A stretch of 64,000 bases of DNA from Alphaproteobacteria bacterium (GTDB taxonomy: Bacteria; Pseudomonadota; Alphaproteobacteria; VGEJ01), in the NCBI GenBank assembly GCA_965219135.1, contig CBDCMV010000003.1:423856-487855 (forward strand). Direction: 5' to 3'. The notes beneath the pieces were generated by a model, which worked only from the letters and a program-made list of their open reading frames with translations, did not search any database and had not been told where the DNA came from. The number at the start of each line of letters is the position of its first letter. The first letter of the stretch is position 1. Both the position numbers and the translations under genes were made by a program. Below, one piece after another: positions 9,342-17,544 of this stretch.

Positions 9342-10135
9342 TGGTCGGCAACGTGTACATGCGCTCGGTGCTCGGCGTCGTCGCCGCGATTACGCTTGCG
9401 ATCCTCTACGGGCCGCTGATCGTGATGGCGTTCTTCTCGTTCTTCACGAAAAAGGCCGGAGTCGTCCAGTGGGACAGTTTCACCTTCGATTGGTATGTCA
9501 AACTCGCCGGCAACAGCGATATTCTCGGCACCCTGGTCAATAGCCTGATGGTCGGTTTCGCATCGGTCTTTTGCGCGCTGGTGGTCGGGACGGTGTTCGC
9601 GATTCATTTCAACGGCTCACGAAGCCGCTTCCGCAACGTTTCCCAGATCCTGATATTTCTGCCCTTTCTGCTGCCGCCCATCATCACCGGATTGTCGCTG
9701 CTCATATTCTTCTTCGAGCTCGGCGTTCCGCGATCGTTGATTACGGTCGCTTTCGGCCACACCATCTTCGTTCTCGCGCTTTGCTACCGCGTCATCCTGT
9801 CGCGCTTGCAGGCGCTCAGCCGAAATATCCTCGAAGCATCCTATGACCTTGGCGCCAACCGCCGGCAGACGTTCTTCTATGTGCTGATGCCCAATATCCT
9901 GACAGCGATGGTGACGGCGGCGGTGCTCGCCTTCGCGCTCTCGTTTGACGAGACGCTGATTTCGCTGTTCCTGTTCGGCCAGGAGATGACGCTTCCGGTC
10001 CGCCTGTGGACGATGATGGTGCGACTCGGCATTACCCCTGAAGTGAACGCCCTGGTTACGCTGATCCTCGTGGTCTCGGCGGCTTTGTTTCTTGCCGTCG
10101 CGCGTCTGCTGCGCCAGGAGGTCGAGCGGGCGTAG
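9341..10135 (+). CDS. ABC transporter permease (PotC-like)
   Basis: ATG at 9341 overlaps the upstream TGA. Contains LEASYDLGANRRQTFFYVLMPN and several hydrophobic (probable transmembrane) stretches. Confidence 0.85.
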   Translation: MVGNVYMRSVLGVVAAITLAILYGPLIVMAFFSFFTKKAGVVQWDSFTFDWYVKLAGNSDILGTLVNSLMVGFASVFCALVVGTVFAIHFNGSRSRFRNVSQILIFLPFLLPPIITGLSLLIFFFELGVPRSLITVAFGHTIFVLALCYRVILSRLQALSRNILEASYDLGANRRQTFFYVLMPNILTAMVTAAVLAFALSFDETLISLFLFGQEMTLPVRLWTMMVRLGITPEVNALVTLILVVSAALFLAVARLLRQEVERA

Positions 10136-10143
10136 GAGACCCC

Positions 10144-11055
10144 ATGGCCCCGTCGGCCACAACCGGACCTGAGCCGCGAAACGTCGGCGCAATATCGCGC
10201 GTGCTGACCGCCATGGCGATGTTCGCGGCCGGCGATGCCACGCTAAAAGAGCTGGTGGCGACCTACGCGGTCGGCCAGGTGCTGTTCCTTTCCGGACTCA
10301 TCTCGCTCGCGGTCCTGGTGCCGATCATGTGGCGGGCAGGCGAGCTCGGCGAGATTCGCACCAAGCGGCCGATCGGCAATCTCCTGCGCGTCGCCGCCGG
10401 CCTCGTTGGCCAGATCCTGTTGGCGCTTGCGCTCAAACGCCTTCCCCTCGCCGACACGACGGCGATCATGTTCTCGGTCCCGCTCTTCGTCACCGCGTTC
10501 TCGGCACCACTGCTGGGTGAGCGCGTCGGATGGCGGCGCTGGAGCGCAGTGATCGTTGGTTTCGGAGGGGTGCTGCTGATCACGCGCCCGGGCATCGGCG
10601 CGCTCGATCCGGCGATGGTGCTCGCCATCGGCGCCTCGCTCGGGTTCGCGCTCATGATCACCGCGACCCGCTGGCTCAGCCGCACCGAGCGCAGCCTGCC
10701 GCTTTTGCTTTACATGATCACCGGCTATACCGTGTACGGCGCGGTGCTGACGCCGTTTCAATGGGTCACGCCGGCGGCTGCCGATTTCGCCTTGTTCGCC
10801 GCGCTCGGCGTATTCTACACGCTCGGTTACTACATGGAGGTCCGGGCCCTGAGCCTTGCCCCGGTGGGGGTGATCACGCCTTTCATGTATACGGCGCTGC
10901 TGTGGGCGGTGCTGTTCGGATGGTTGATCTGGGGCGAGTTGCCGGCAGCCAACGTTTGGGCCGGCGCCGCGCTCATGGTCGCGAGCGGCCTATACATCCT
11001 CTATCGCGAGATCAAAGCGCACACCGCGGCTGTGAGTGGGCCCGTCCGGCTCTAG
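10144..11055 (+). CDS. DMT (EamA-like) family transporter
   Basis: 303-aa hydrophobic ORF with a duplicated EamA-like architecture. Confidence 0.8.
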   Translation: MAPSATTGPEPRNVGAISRVLTAMAMFAAGDATLKELVATYAVGQVLFLSGLISLAVLVPIMWRAGELGEIRTKRPIGNLLRVAAGLVGQILLALALKRLPLADTTAIMFSVPLFVTAFSAPLLGERVGWRRWSAVIVGFGGVLLITRPGIGALDPAMVLAIGASLGFALMITATRWLSRTERSLPLLLYMITGYTVYGAVLTPFQWVTPAAADFALFAALGVFYTLGYYMEVRALSLAPVGVITPFMYTALLWAVLFGWLIWGELPAANVWAGAALMVASGLYILYREIKAHTAAVSGPVRL

Positions 11056-11076
11056 CGCGACCGCACTCGCGCAGCC

Positions 11077-11175
11077 CTAACCGTACTCCGGTGCGGTGTC
11101 GAAGTAGCGGACGCCGACGGCATAAGCGGCGTCCAGCGCCTCGCGCGCGGTGCTCGAGGGCTGGCGGCACGGTGC
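11077..11175 (-). pseudogene. aldo/keto reductase N-terminal remnant
   Basis: Own translation: ..PSSTAREALDAAYAVGVRYFDTAPEYG* (stop 11079-11077). This is the AKR signature ..A.d.G...FDTA..YG with nothing before or after it. It is wedged between the PhyH stop (11176) and the DMT stop (11055). Confidence 0.45.
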
Positions 11176-11630
11176 TCACCGAGCGCCGACGTAGCGGCCG
11201 TTCTTGAGGATCGGATCGGCGAACCAGCGCACCGCCGATCCGTCCTCGGTGTAGAGCGGCTCGGCGACGTACTGGCTGATGAAGGCGCGGCGCATGGCGC
11301 TCGAGCGATTCGGGCCCGAGCGGTGAAACATGGTGCTGGAGAACACCGCCACCCCGCCCGCGGGTAAGCGTACCGGTATTCCCGGATCGTCACCGAAGTA
11401 TCCAACTTTGTCGTTGAGTCCGGGCCGGATCACGTGCTCGACGCGCTCGCGCGTCCCGGCGCGCGAATAGGAGAGGACGTAGATGGTGCCGTTTTCCTCG
11501 CTCGCCGCGTCGATCGCGCACCAGACAGTCAGGTACGGCCGGTGCGAGTACGACACGTAGCCCGAATCTTGGTGCCAAGAGAAGGCACCGCCGCGTTCGG
11601 GGTATTTGATCACGAACTGGTTGTTGTGGA
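11176..11630 (-). pseudogene. phytanoyl-CoA dioxygenase (PhyH) family gene, 3' part, separated from its 5' part by a group II intron
   Basis: ORF 11176..11613 (..KYPERGGAFSWHQDSGYV..FHRSGPN..). The frame continues upstream to 11630 (..HNNQFV..). Confidence 0.8.
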
Positions 11631-13557
11631 GTGCGCCAGGCTAACTGGTGCCAGTGCAGCCGGTGAAAGTCCGGCGGGAAGGAGAAGGCTAGCCACCACT
11701 TCCACCCCGAGTCATGGGCCGTTATCCGCGAGGATGGGGGTCAAGCGTTGACAGGGGCGCGTGCGGGCAGGGCTATTGAGCACCGAAAGAGACTCATCCG
11801 GGATGCCGAGGCTTTTCCATAGGCCGAAGGTAGCATCTGGTCCACCGATATGGCGACTGGGGGGTCAGAATCCCGCGGTGTCTAAGAACCCATGCACGTA
11901 CGTACGCACTGCACCGGGACCTGGGAGGTCTCCATGCCATCCCGCTGTCGTGGCGGGGTCGCAGAGGAAAGGAGGAATCCGTAACCGATGATGCACGGCA
12001 TGGAGAAGTCAGACTCGGGAATAGTAGCTGTGAAGTCGGCGAACAAAGGGATGAGAGTCCCGGCGGAGTCGATGGAGCGAAGGACCGAGCCCAAGGGGAT
12101 TCTGGAAGGCCAAAGCACGCGCCGGACACAGGACCGGGAAAGCGTGACACAGGCGGCTGACCGGATACGGCAATTTGTACAACGGGAGCCACGGGAGCGT
12201 CTGACGACGCTTCTCCACCATGTCACGGTCGAAGCGCTGCGCTGGGCGTTCTTCGCGTTGAAGAAGGACGCGGCGGCAGGTGCGGATGGCATGACGTGGG
12301 GAATGTACGAGGGAAGGTTGGAAGGCCGGTTGGCCGACCTGCACGACCGCGTGCACTCGGGAGCGTACCGGGCGACGCCATCACGGCGGGTGAATATTCC
12401 GAAACCGGATGGCGGCACACGACCGCTCGGCGTCGCGGCCATAGAGGACAAGATAGTCCAGAAGGCTGTGGCGGAGATAATCCTGACGCCGATTTACGAG
12501 GCGGAGTTCCTGGGGTCCAGCTATGGGTTCCGGCCCGGGCGTGGGGCGCATGATGCGCTCGACGCGCTCGCGGCTGGGATCAAACGGCGCAAGATCAACT
12601 GGGTGGTGGACTGTGACATCCGTGCATTCTTCGACAACGTGTCGAGGAACTGGCTGGTCCGGTTTCTCGAACACCGCATCGCGGACAAGCGGGTTATCAG
12701 GCTCATCATCAAGTGGTTGAACGCTGGCGTCATGGAAGATGGAGAGTGGCGGGACAACCTGCGGGGAACGCCGCAGGCTCGGTGGCTTCACCGGTCTTGG
12801 CGAACATCTACCTGCACTATGTCCTCGACTTGTGGTTCCAGAAGAAGTGGCGCAGCCACGAGGTCGAAGGCGACGCAATCATCGTGCGGTACGCCGATGA
12901 TTTCGTGGTGGGTTTTCAGCACAAGCGGGACGCGGAGCGCTTCCTGAACGCCGTAAAGGAACGGTTCGAAAGCTTCGAACTGGACATACACCCCGACAAG
13001 ACCCGGCTCATCGAGTTCGGGCGGTTTGCCCTGAAAGACCGTCGGCAACGAGGGCAGGGCAGACCGGAGACCTTCGACTTTCTGGGCTTCACGCACTACT
13101 GCGCGAAAGACAGACGAGGGAGATTCCAGTTGGGGCGCAAACCGGTCGCGAGGCGCATGAGCCGGACACTGAAGCGGATTAAGGAGGCGCTACGCAGGCG
13201 GATGCACTGCAAGTCCAAGGAGACGGCAAGATGGCTGGGGAAGGTGCTCGACGGATGGCTCAACTACTACGCAGTCCCGAACAGCTACCGATACCTCGAC
13301 CGTTTTACTATCCGCCTGAAGCGACTGTGGTTGCGCACGCTACGCCTACGGTCGCAGAAGGACCGCACGACATGGGCCGATATCACGGCACTGACCAAGA
13401 CCCATTGGCCCAAGCTGGAAATCCGACACCCGTGGCCGGACCAACGATTTGCCGTCAGCGCTATGCGGGGCGGAACCCAAGGGAGGAGCCGGATGCCCTA
13501 GCGGGCCTGTCCGGATCTGTGCGGGGGGCGCTGGGCAACCAGCGACCCTACCGCGAT
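11631..13557 (+). mobile_element. bacterial group II intron (En-less RT/maturase type), plus-strand orientation
   Basis: 5' GTGCGCC at 11631. RT/maturase ORF in domain IV. Domain V-like hairpin at 13486..13517 (GAGCCGGAUGCCC-UAGC-GGGC-CU-GUCCGGAUC). Domain VI at 13518..13557 with a bulged A at 13550, 8 nt from the 3' end ..CGAU. Confidence 0.9.
11988..13501 (+). pseudogene. group II intron reverse transcriptase/maturase, split by a 1-nt frameshift
   Basis: ORFs 11988..12947 and 12713..13501. RT blocks RRVNIPKPDGGTRPLGV, YGFRPGRGAHDA and DIRAFFDNV, then ..LRGTPQ|GSVASPVLANIYL.., YADDFVV, and the maturase block LDGWLNYYAV. The frame changes at 12774-12778. Confidence 0.88.
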
Positions 13558-13822
13558 AGTACGCGCTCGCGCCCAACGTTGCGGCGCAGACCTCGGCCAT
13601 CTCGCGGCTCATGATCACGTCGCGGACGGCGGCCTGGCGCTCGTGCAAATTCTGAAGAAAATAACGGTCGTACTTGTGGCTGATGGTGTTGGCTTGGAAG
13701 GTGGACCCGTCGGCGGCCTTCCGGGTGACGATCTGATCGTCGACGAAGTGCGCGGCGCCCTCGCTGGATACCACCTCCGAGCCGTTGAACTCTTCGATCA
13801 GGGCGTCGCAGGCCGCCCCCAA
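13558..13822 (-). pseudogene. PhyH family gene, 5' part
   Basis: ORF 13346..13822 codes sensibly only down to ..AEVCAATLGASAY at 13559; below that it reads intron antisense. Confidence 0.75.
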
Positions 13823-13971
13823 CGCACCGACCTGGGTCCGCGACGGAGAATATCGAAGGCCCCCGAGCCGGACAAGCCTGGCGCCCCGTCGTTCCGCGGC
13901 GTGGTTGCTGCACCTTGAAATGGCACGTAAGCTTCCCCCGTGATGTCCGGATCCACCGCGGATTCCGCGAG

Positions 13972-16900
13972 ATGAAGTGCGCCGGCTGCGGTTGCACCGT
14001 GGCGGAGGATTTCAGCTTTTGCCCCAAGTGTGGCGAGAGCCTGTCGGCCGATTGCCCGGGCTGCGGCTTCACCTGTCCGCCGGAGTTCGCGTTTTGCCCG
14101 AAATACGGCACCTCGCTTGCGGCCGAGCCATCGCCGTCGCCGGCGCGCTCGCCACCGGCTTTCGCCGGTCGATCCGAGCCCACGACGCCCACGGGGGCGG
14201 ATCTGGCTGCCGCCGAATCCGACCGCCGTCCGGTCACCGTCTTGTTTGCCGACCTGTGCGGGTTTACGGCGCTGAGCGAGCGCCTCGATCCGGAAGACAT
14301 CCGGGCCCTTCAGAACGATTTGTTCGCCGAATTGACGGCCGCGGTGACCGACGTCGATGGGTTTGTCGAGAAGTACGTCGGCGACGCGTTGCTGGCGCTG
14401 TTCGGCGCCCCGGTGGCGCATGAAGACGACCCCGAGCGGGCGCTACGCGCGGCGCTGTCGATGTGCCGGCGCACCGCCGACCTCAGCAGCCATTGGCAAG
14501 ACCGCATCCGCGAGCCGCTGGCCCTTCACATCGGGGTCAACACGGGCCCCGTCGTGGCCGGTACCGTCGGTGCGGGCGCGGCCAACGCTTACTCGGTGAC
14601 CGGGGACACCGTGAACACGGCGGCGCGCCTGCAGTCTGCGGCGGCACCGGGTCAGATCCTGGTCGGCCCGGTCACCCATCGCCTGACCCGGAGCGTGTTC
14701 CAGTTCGAGGCGATGGGCGATCTCAGGCTCAAGGGCAAGGTCGAGGCCCTGTCCGCGCACCAGTTGCTGGGCGAGCTGGCGGGGGCCGGCCCCGCCCGCG
14801 GTCTCGAATCGCTGGGATTTACCGCACCGCTAATCGCCCGCACGGATGAGCTCGGCCGGATGGTGGCGGCGGCCGAGCACATGCGCGGCGGACAGGCCCA
14901 GGTGCTGCGCTTGGTGGGCGAGGCCGGCATCGGCAAGTCGCGGTTGATCGAGGCGTTTCTCGACTCACTCGCCGGGTCCGCCGCCGAGGGTACGATCGAC
15001 GTTCGCCGCGCCGGGTGTTCGGCGCTCGGCCACGAAACATACGGTCTGTTGGCCCATCTCCTTCGCGATGCCTATGGGCTTCGCGCCGACGCCGTGCCTG
15101 GCGAGGTCGAAGAAAAGCTCACCTCGGGGCTTGCGGCGGACGGCGCCGGTGCGGACGAGATTGCCCGCACGCTGCCGCCGCTCGCGTTCGTGCTCGGCAA
15201 CGACGCCGGCGCCGGTGGCCTCGAGCATCTTCAGCCTGAACAGCTGAGGCGCCAGATTCTCCACTCCGTACGCACCCTGGCCGAACGGCGGCTCGCGGAG
15301 CGCGGGCTAGCGCTGGTGGTGGAAGACCTGCAGTGGGCGGATGCCGCGTCGATCGAGGTCCTGCGATTTCTGGCCGATCGCCTGCACGACAAATCATTCA
15401 TGCTGGTCTTGACGCACCGCCCCGAATTCGACGCGGGGCCGCTGGCTGGCGGACACGCGACTCAAACCGCGATGCGACTTGCGCCGCTGTCGAAGGCGGA
15501 GAGTGATCAGATGGTGGCGGCCCTGTTGGGCGGTTCCGAGGATGGCCCTCCCGCCGCCGTGCGCGAGCGAATCATCGGTCGCGGCGGCGGCAGCCAACTC
15601 GTGCAGAGCGCGGCGGTCTTGGGTCCGACGTTCGAGGCGCGCCTCCTGCGCAGCGTCGCCCGCGCGCCGCAGGCCGTCGAGCAGGAGCTTGAGCTTCTGT
15701 GCGAGGCCGATATCGTCGAGGAAGTTGCGATGGAGACCGGTGCCGATCAGTGCTACCGCTTCACGCAGACGCTGGTACAGGAAGTCGTTTATCAGAATCT
15801 TCTGGTGCAGAGCCGTTCGGAGCAACATGGCGCGGCTGGCCGCGCCCTCCAGGCGATGCACGGTGGTGCGGTCCGTGGCCAGGGCAGCGAAGACGCTCTC
15901 GAGCCCGGCGATGTACTCCTCTACAACGTCCCCTACGGCGCCGGTTCGCATGCGCAGGACGCGGCGTTGGTTATGCCGGTGTTCTACGACGGCGAACTCA
16001 TCGGTTACTCGGCGATCAAGGCGCACTGGCTCGACATCGGCGCCAAGGATCCGTACTGCACCGATACCGTGGATGTTTTCCAGGAGGGGACCGTCTATCC
16101 CGGGATCAAGCTCTATAGCCGCGGCCAGCCGGTCGCCGATATCCACCGCGCCGTGCTCGCCAACTCACGGCTCCCGAAAACCCTTGCTGGCGACCTCAGC
16201 GCCCAGGTCACCGGCGTCCGCGCTGGCGCCGAAGGGCTAGTGCGCGTCGTCGAGCGGTTCGGCCTTGCGGCGTTCCGGCGCTCGGTCGCGCGCATGTACG
16301 ATCATGGCGAGGCCGTGGTGCGGCGCTACTTCGAGCGCATTCCCGACGGCCGCTACACCGCACGCGGCCAGCTCGATAGCGATGGCCTTGGCGATACGCC
16401 GATCCCCTTCGAGCTGGCCGTCGATGTGGAGGGTTCGACCGTCCGCATCGATTATTTCGACGCGCCCGACGCCGTGGCGGGGCCGATGAACTGCCCGCTC
16501 CCCCGCACGGTCTCGGCCAGCCGAATTGCGATCAGCATGCTTGCTGGCGGCTCCGAGGCACCGACCGAGGGGCACTTTCGGCCCATCGAAGTCCTCACGC
16601 GGCGCGGTTCGCTGTTCCACGCGATCTCGCCGATGCCGTGCTTCCTTTGCGGTCGCATCGCCATGCAGGCGATCGACGTGATCTATCAGGCGCTCGCGGC
16701 GGTCATGCCCGCGGCGGTGCCGGCATGGAGCGCATCCGACCTCTGCTCGCTGGTGTGGTGGGGCGCGCGCGAGGGATCGGGCGAGGTGTGGGCGGATGGC
16801 TCGCCGCACCCCGTGGGCCAAGGCGCTCACATCGCGGGAGACGGCGGCACGCTCATGCACATCGGCCAATCCGCCACCCGCATCTCCCCGGTCGAGGTGT

Positions 16901-17319
16901 GGGAGGCCAAGAACCCGTGGCTGCTCGAACGTGCCGAGCTCGCGCCGGATTCGTGTGGCGCGGGCACGCACCGGGGTGGTCTCGGCATCGATTATCATTT
17001 CCACATGCTCGAGGGCGCGTACCTGTCCGCGGCGCTCGAACGAACCAAGGTACCGGCATGGGGACTGGGCGGCGGCAGCGAGGGCCGCGCCAACGGGCTC
17101 CTCGTGCGCGCGCCGGACGGCACGCGAACGCCGCTTCGCGGCAAATCGACCCGCTATCGCCTGGCCAAGGGGACGACGCTCGAGCTCTGCTGCGGTGGCG
17201 GCGGCGGGTACGGTCCCCCGGCGGCGCGACCGCGCCACGCCGTCGAGGCCGATCTCCGTGACGGCTATATCACCGAGGACCACATCCGCCGCCACTATGG
17301 CGAAGCGCTGGCGGCCTGA
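13972..17319 (+). CDS. chimeric ORF: double zinc ribbon + class III adenylate/guanylate cyclase + P-loop NTPase, fused in frame to a 5'-truncated hydantoinase B/oxoprolinase
   Basis: ORF 13915..17319; probable ATG at 13972 (MKCAGCGC..). Contains RRPVTVLFADLCGFT..GDTVNTAARL, GEAGIGKSRL and LVVEDLQWAD. From about 15870 it switches to LEPGDVLLYNVPYGAGSH..AQVTGVRAGA..SPHPVGQGAH..THRGGLG. Confidence 0.8.
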   Translation: MKCAGCGCTVAEDFSFCPKCGESLSADCPGCGFTCPPEFAFCPKYGTSLAAEPSPSPARSPPAFAGRSEPTTPTGADLAAAESDRRPVTVLFADLCGFTALSERLDPEDIRALQNDLFAELTAAVTDVDGFVEKYVGDALLALFGAPVAHEDDPERALRAALSMCRRTADLSSHWQDRIREPLALHIGVNTGPVVAGTVGAGAANAYSVTGDTVNTAARLQSAAAPGQILVGPVTHRLTRSVFQFEAMGDLRLKGKVEALSAHQLLGELAGAGPARGLESLGFTAPLIARTDELGRMVAAAEHMRGGQAQVLRLVGEAGIGKSRLIEAFLDSLAGSAAEGTIDVRRAGCSALGHETYGLLAHLLRDAYGLRADAVPGEVEEKLTSGLAADGAGADEIARTLPPLAFVLGNDAGAGGLEHLQPEQLRRQILHSVRTLAERRLAERGLALVVEDLQWADAASIEVLRFLADRLHDKSFMLVLTHRPEFDAGPLAGGHATQTAMRLAPLSKAESDQMVAALLGGSEDGPPAAVRERIIGRGGGSQLVQSAAVLGPTFEARLLRSVARAPQAVEQELELLCEADIVEEVAMETGADQCYRFTQTLVQEVVYQNLLVQSRSEQHGAAGRALQAMHGGAVRGQGSEDALEPGDVLLYNVPYGAGSHAQDAALVMPVFYDGELIGYSAIKAHWLDIGAKDPYCTDTVDVFQEGTVYPGIKLYSRGQPVADIHRAVLANSRLPKTLAGDLSAQVTGVRAGAEGLVRVVERFGLAAFRRSVARMYDHGEAVVRRYFERIPDGRYTARGQLDSDGLGDTPIPFELAVDVEGSTVRIDYFDAPDAVAGPMNCPLPRTVSASRIAISMLAGGSEAPTEGHFRPIEVLTRRGSLFHAISPMPCFLCGRIAMQAIDVIYQALAAVMPAAVPAWSASDLCSLVWWGAREGSGEVWADGSPHPVGQGAHIAGDGGTLMHIGQSATRISPVEVWEAKNPWLLERAELAPDSCGAGTHRGGLGIDYHFHMLEGAYLSAALERTKVPAWGLGGGSEGRANGLLVRAPDGTRTPLRGKSTRYRLAKGTTLELCCGGGGGYGPPAARPRHAVEADLRDGYITEDHIRRHYGEALAA

Positions 17320-17535
17320 GTGGGGGAGGCGGTGAACCAACAAGACGAACGCGGGCTCTACCTGGTCTTCGGGGGCAAGGTCCAAGATCTGCGCGGCCAG
17401 GATTTCATGGCCCCCGATCTTCTCGACATTCGCGGCATCTTCGGTACCTATGACGAGGCCTTCGCCGCTTGGCGGGGGGCCAGTCAGGCGGCGGTCGACG
17501 ACGCCTTCATGAAATATGTGATCATTCGACTGTAG
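17320..17535 (+). CDS. DUF4170-like small protein
   Basis: 71-aa ORF (..LYLVFGGKVQDL..IRGIFGTYDEAFAAWRGASQAAVDDAFMKYVIIRL). It matches my recollection of the alphaproteobacterial DUF4170 pattern. Confidence 0.6.
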   Translation: MGEAVNQQDERGLYLVFGGKVQDLRGQDFMAPDLLDIRGIFGTYDEAFAAWRGASQAAVDDAFMKYVIIRL

Positions 17536-17544
17536 TGACCGCTT

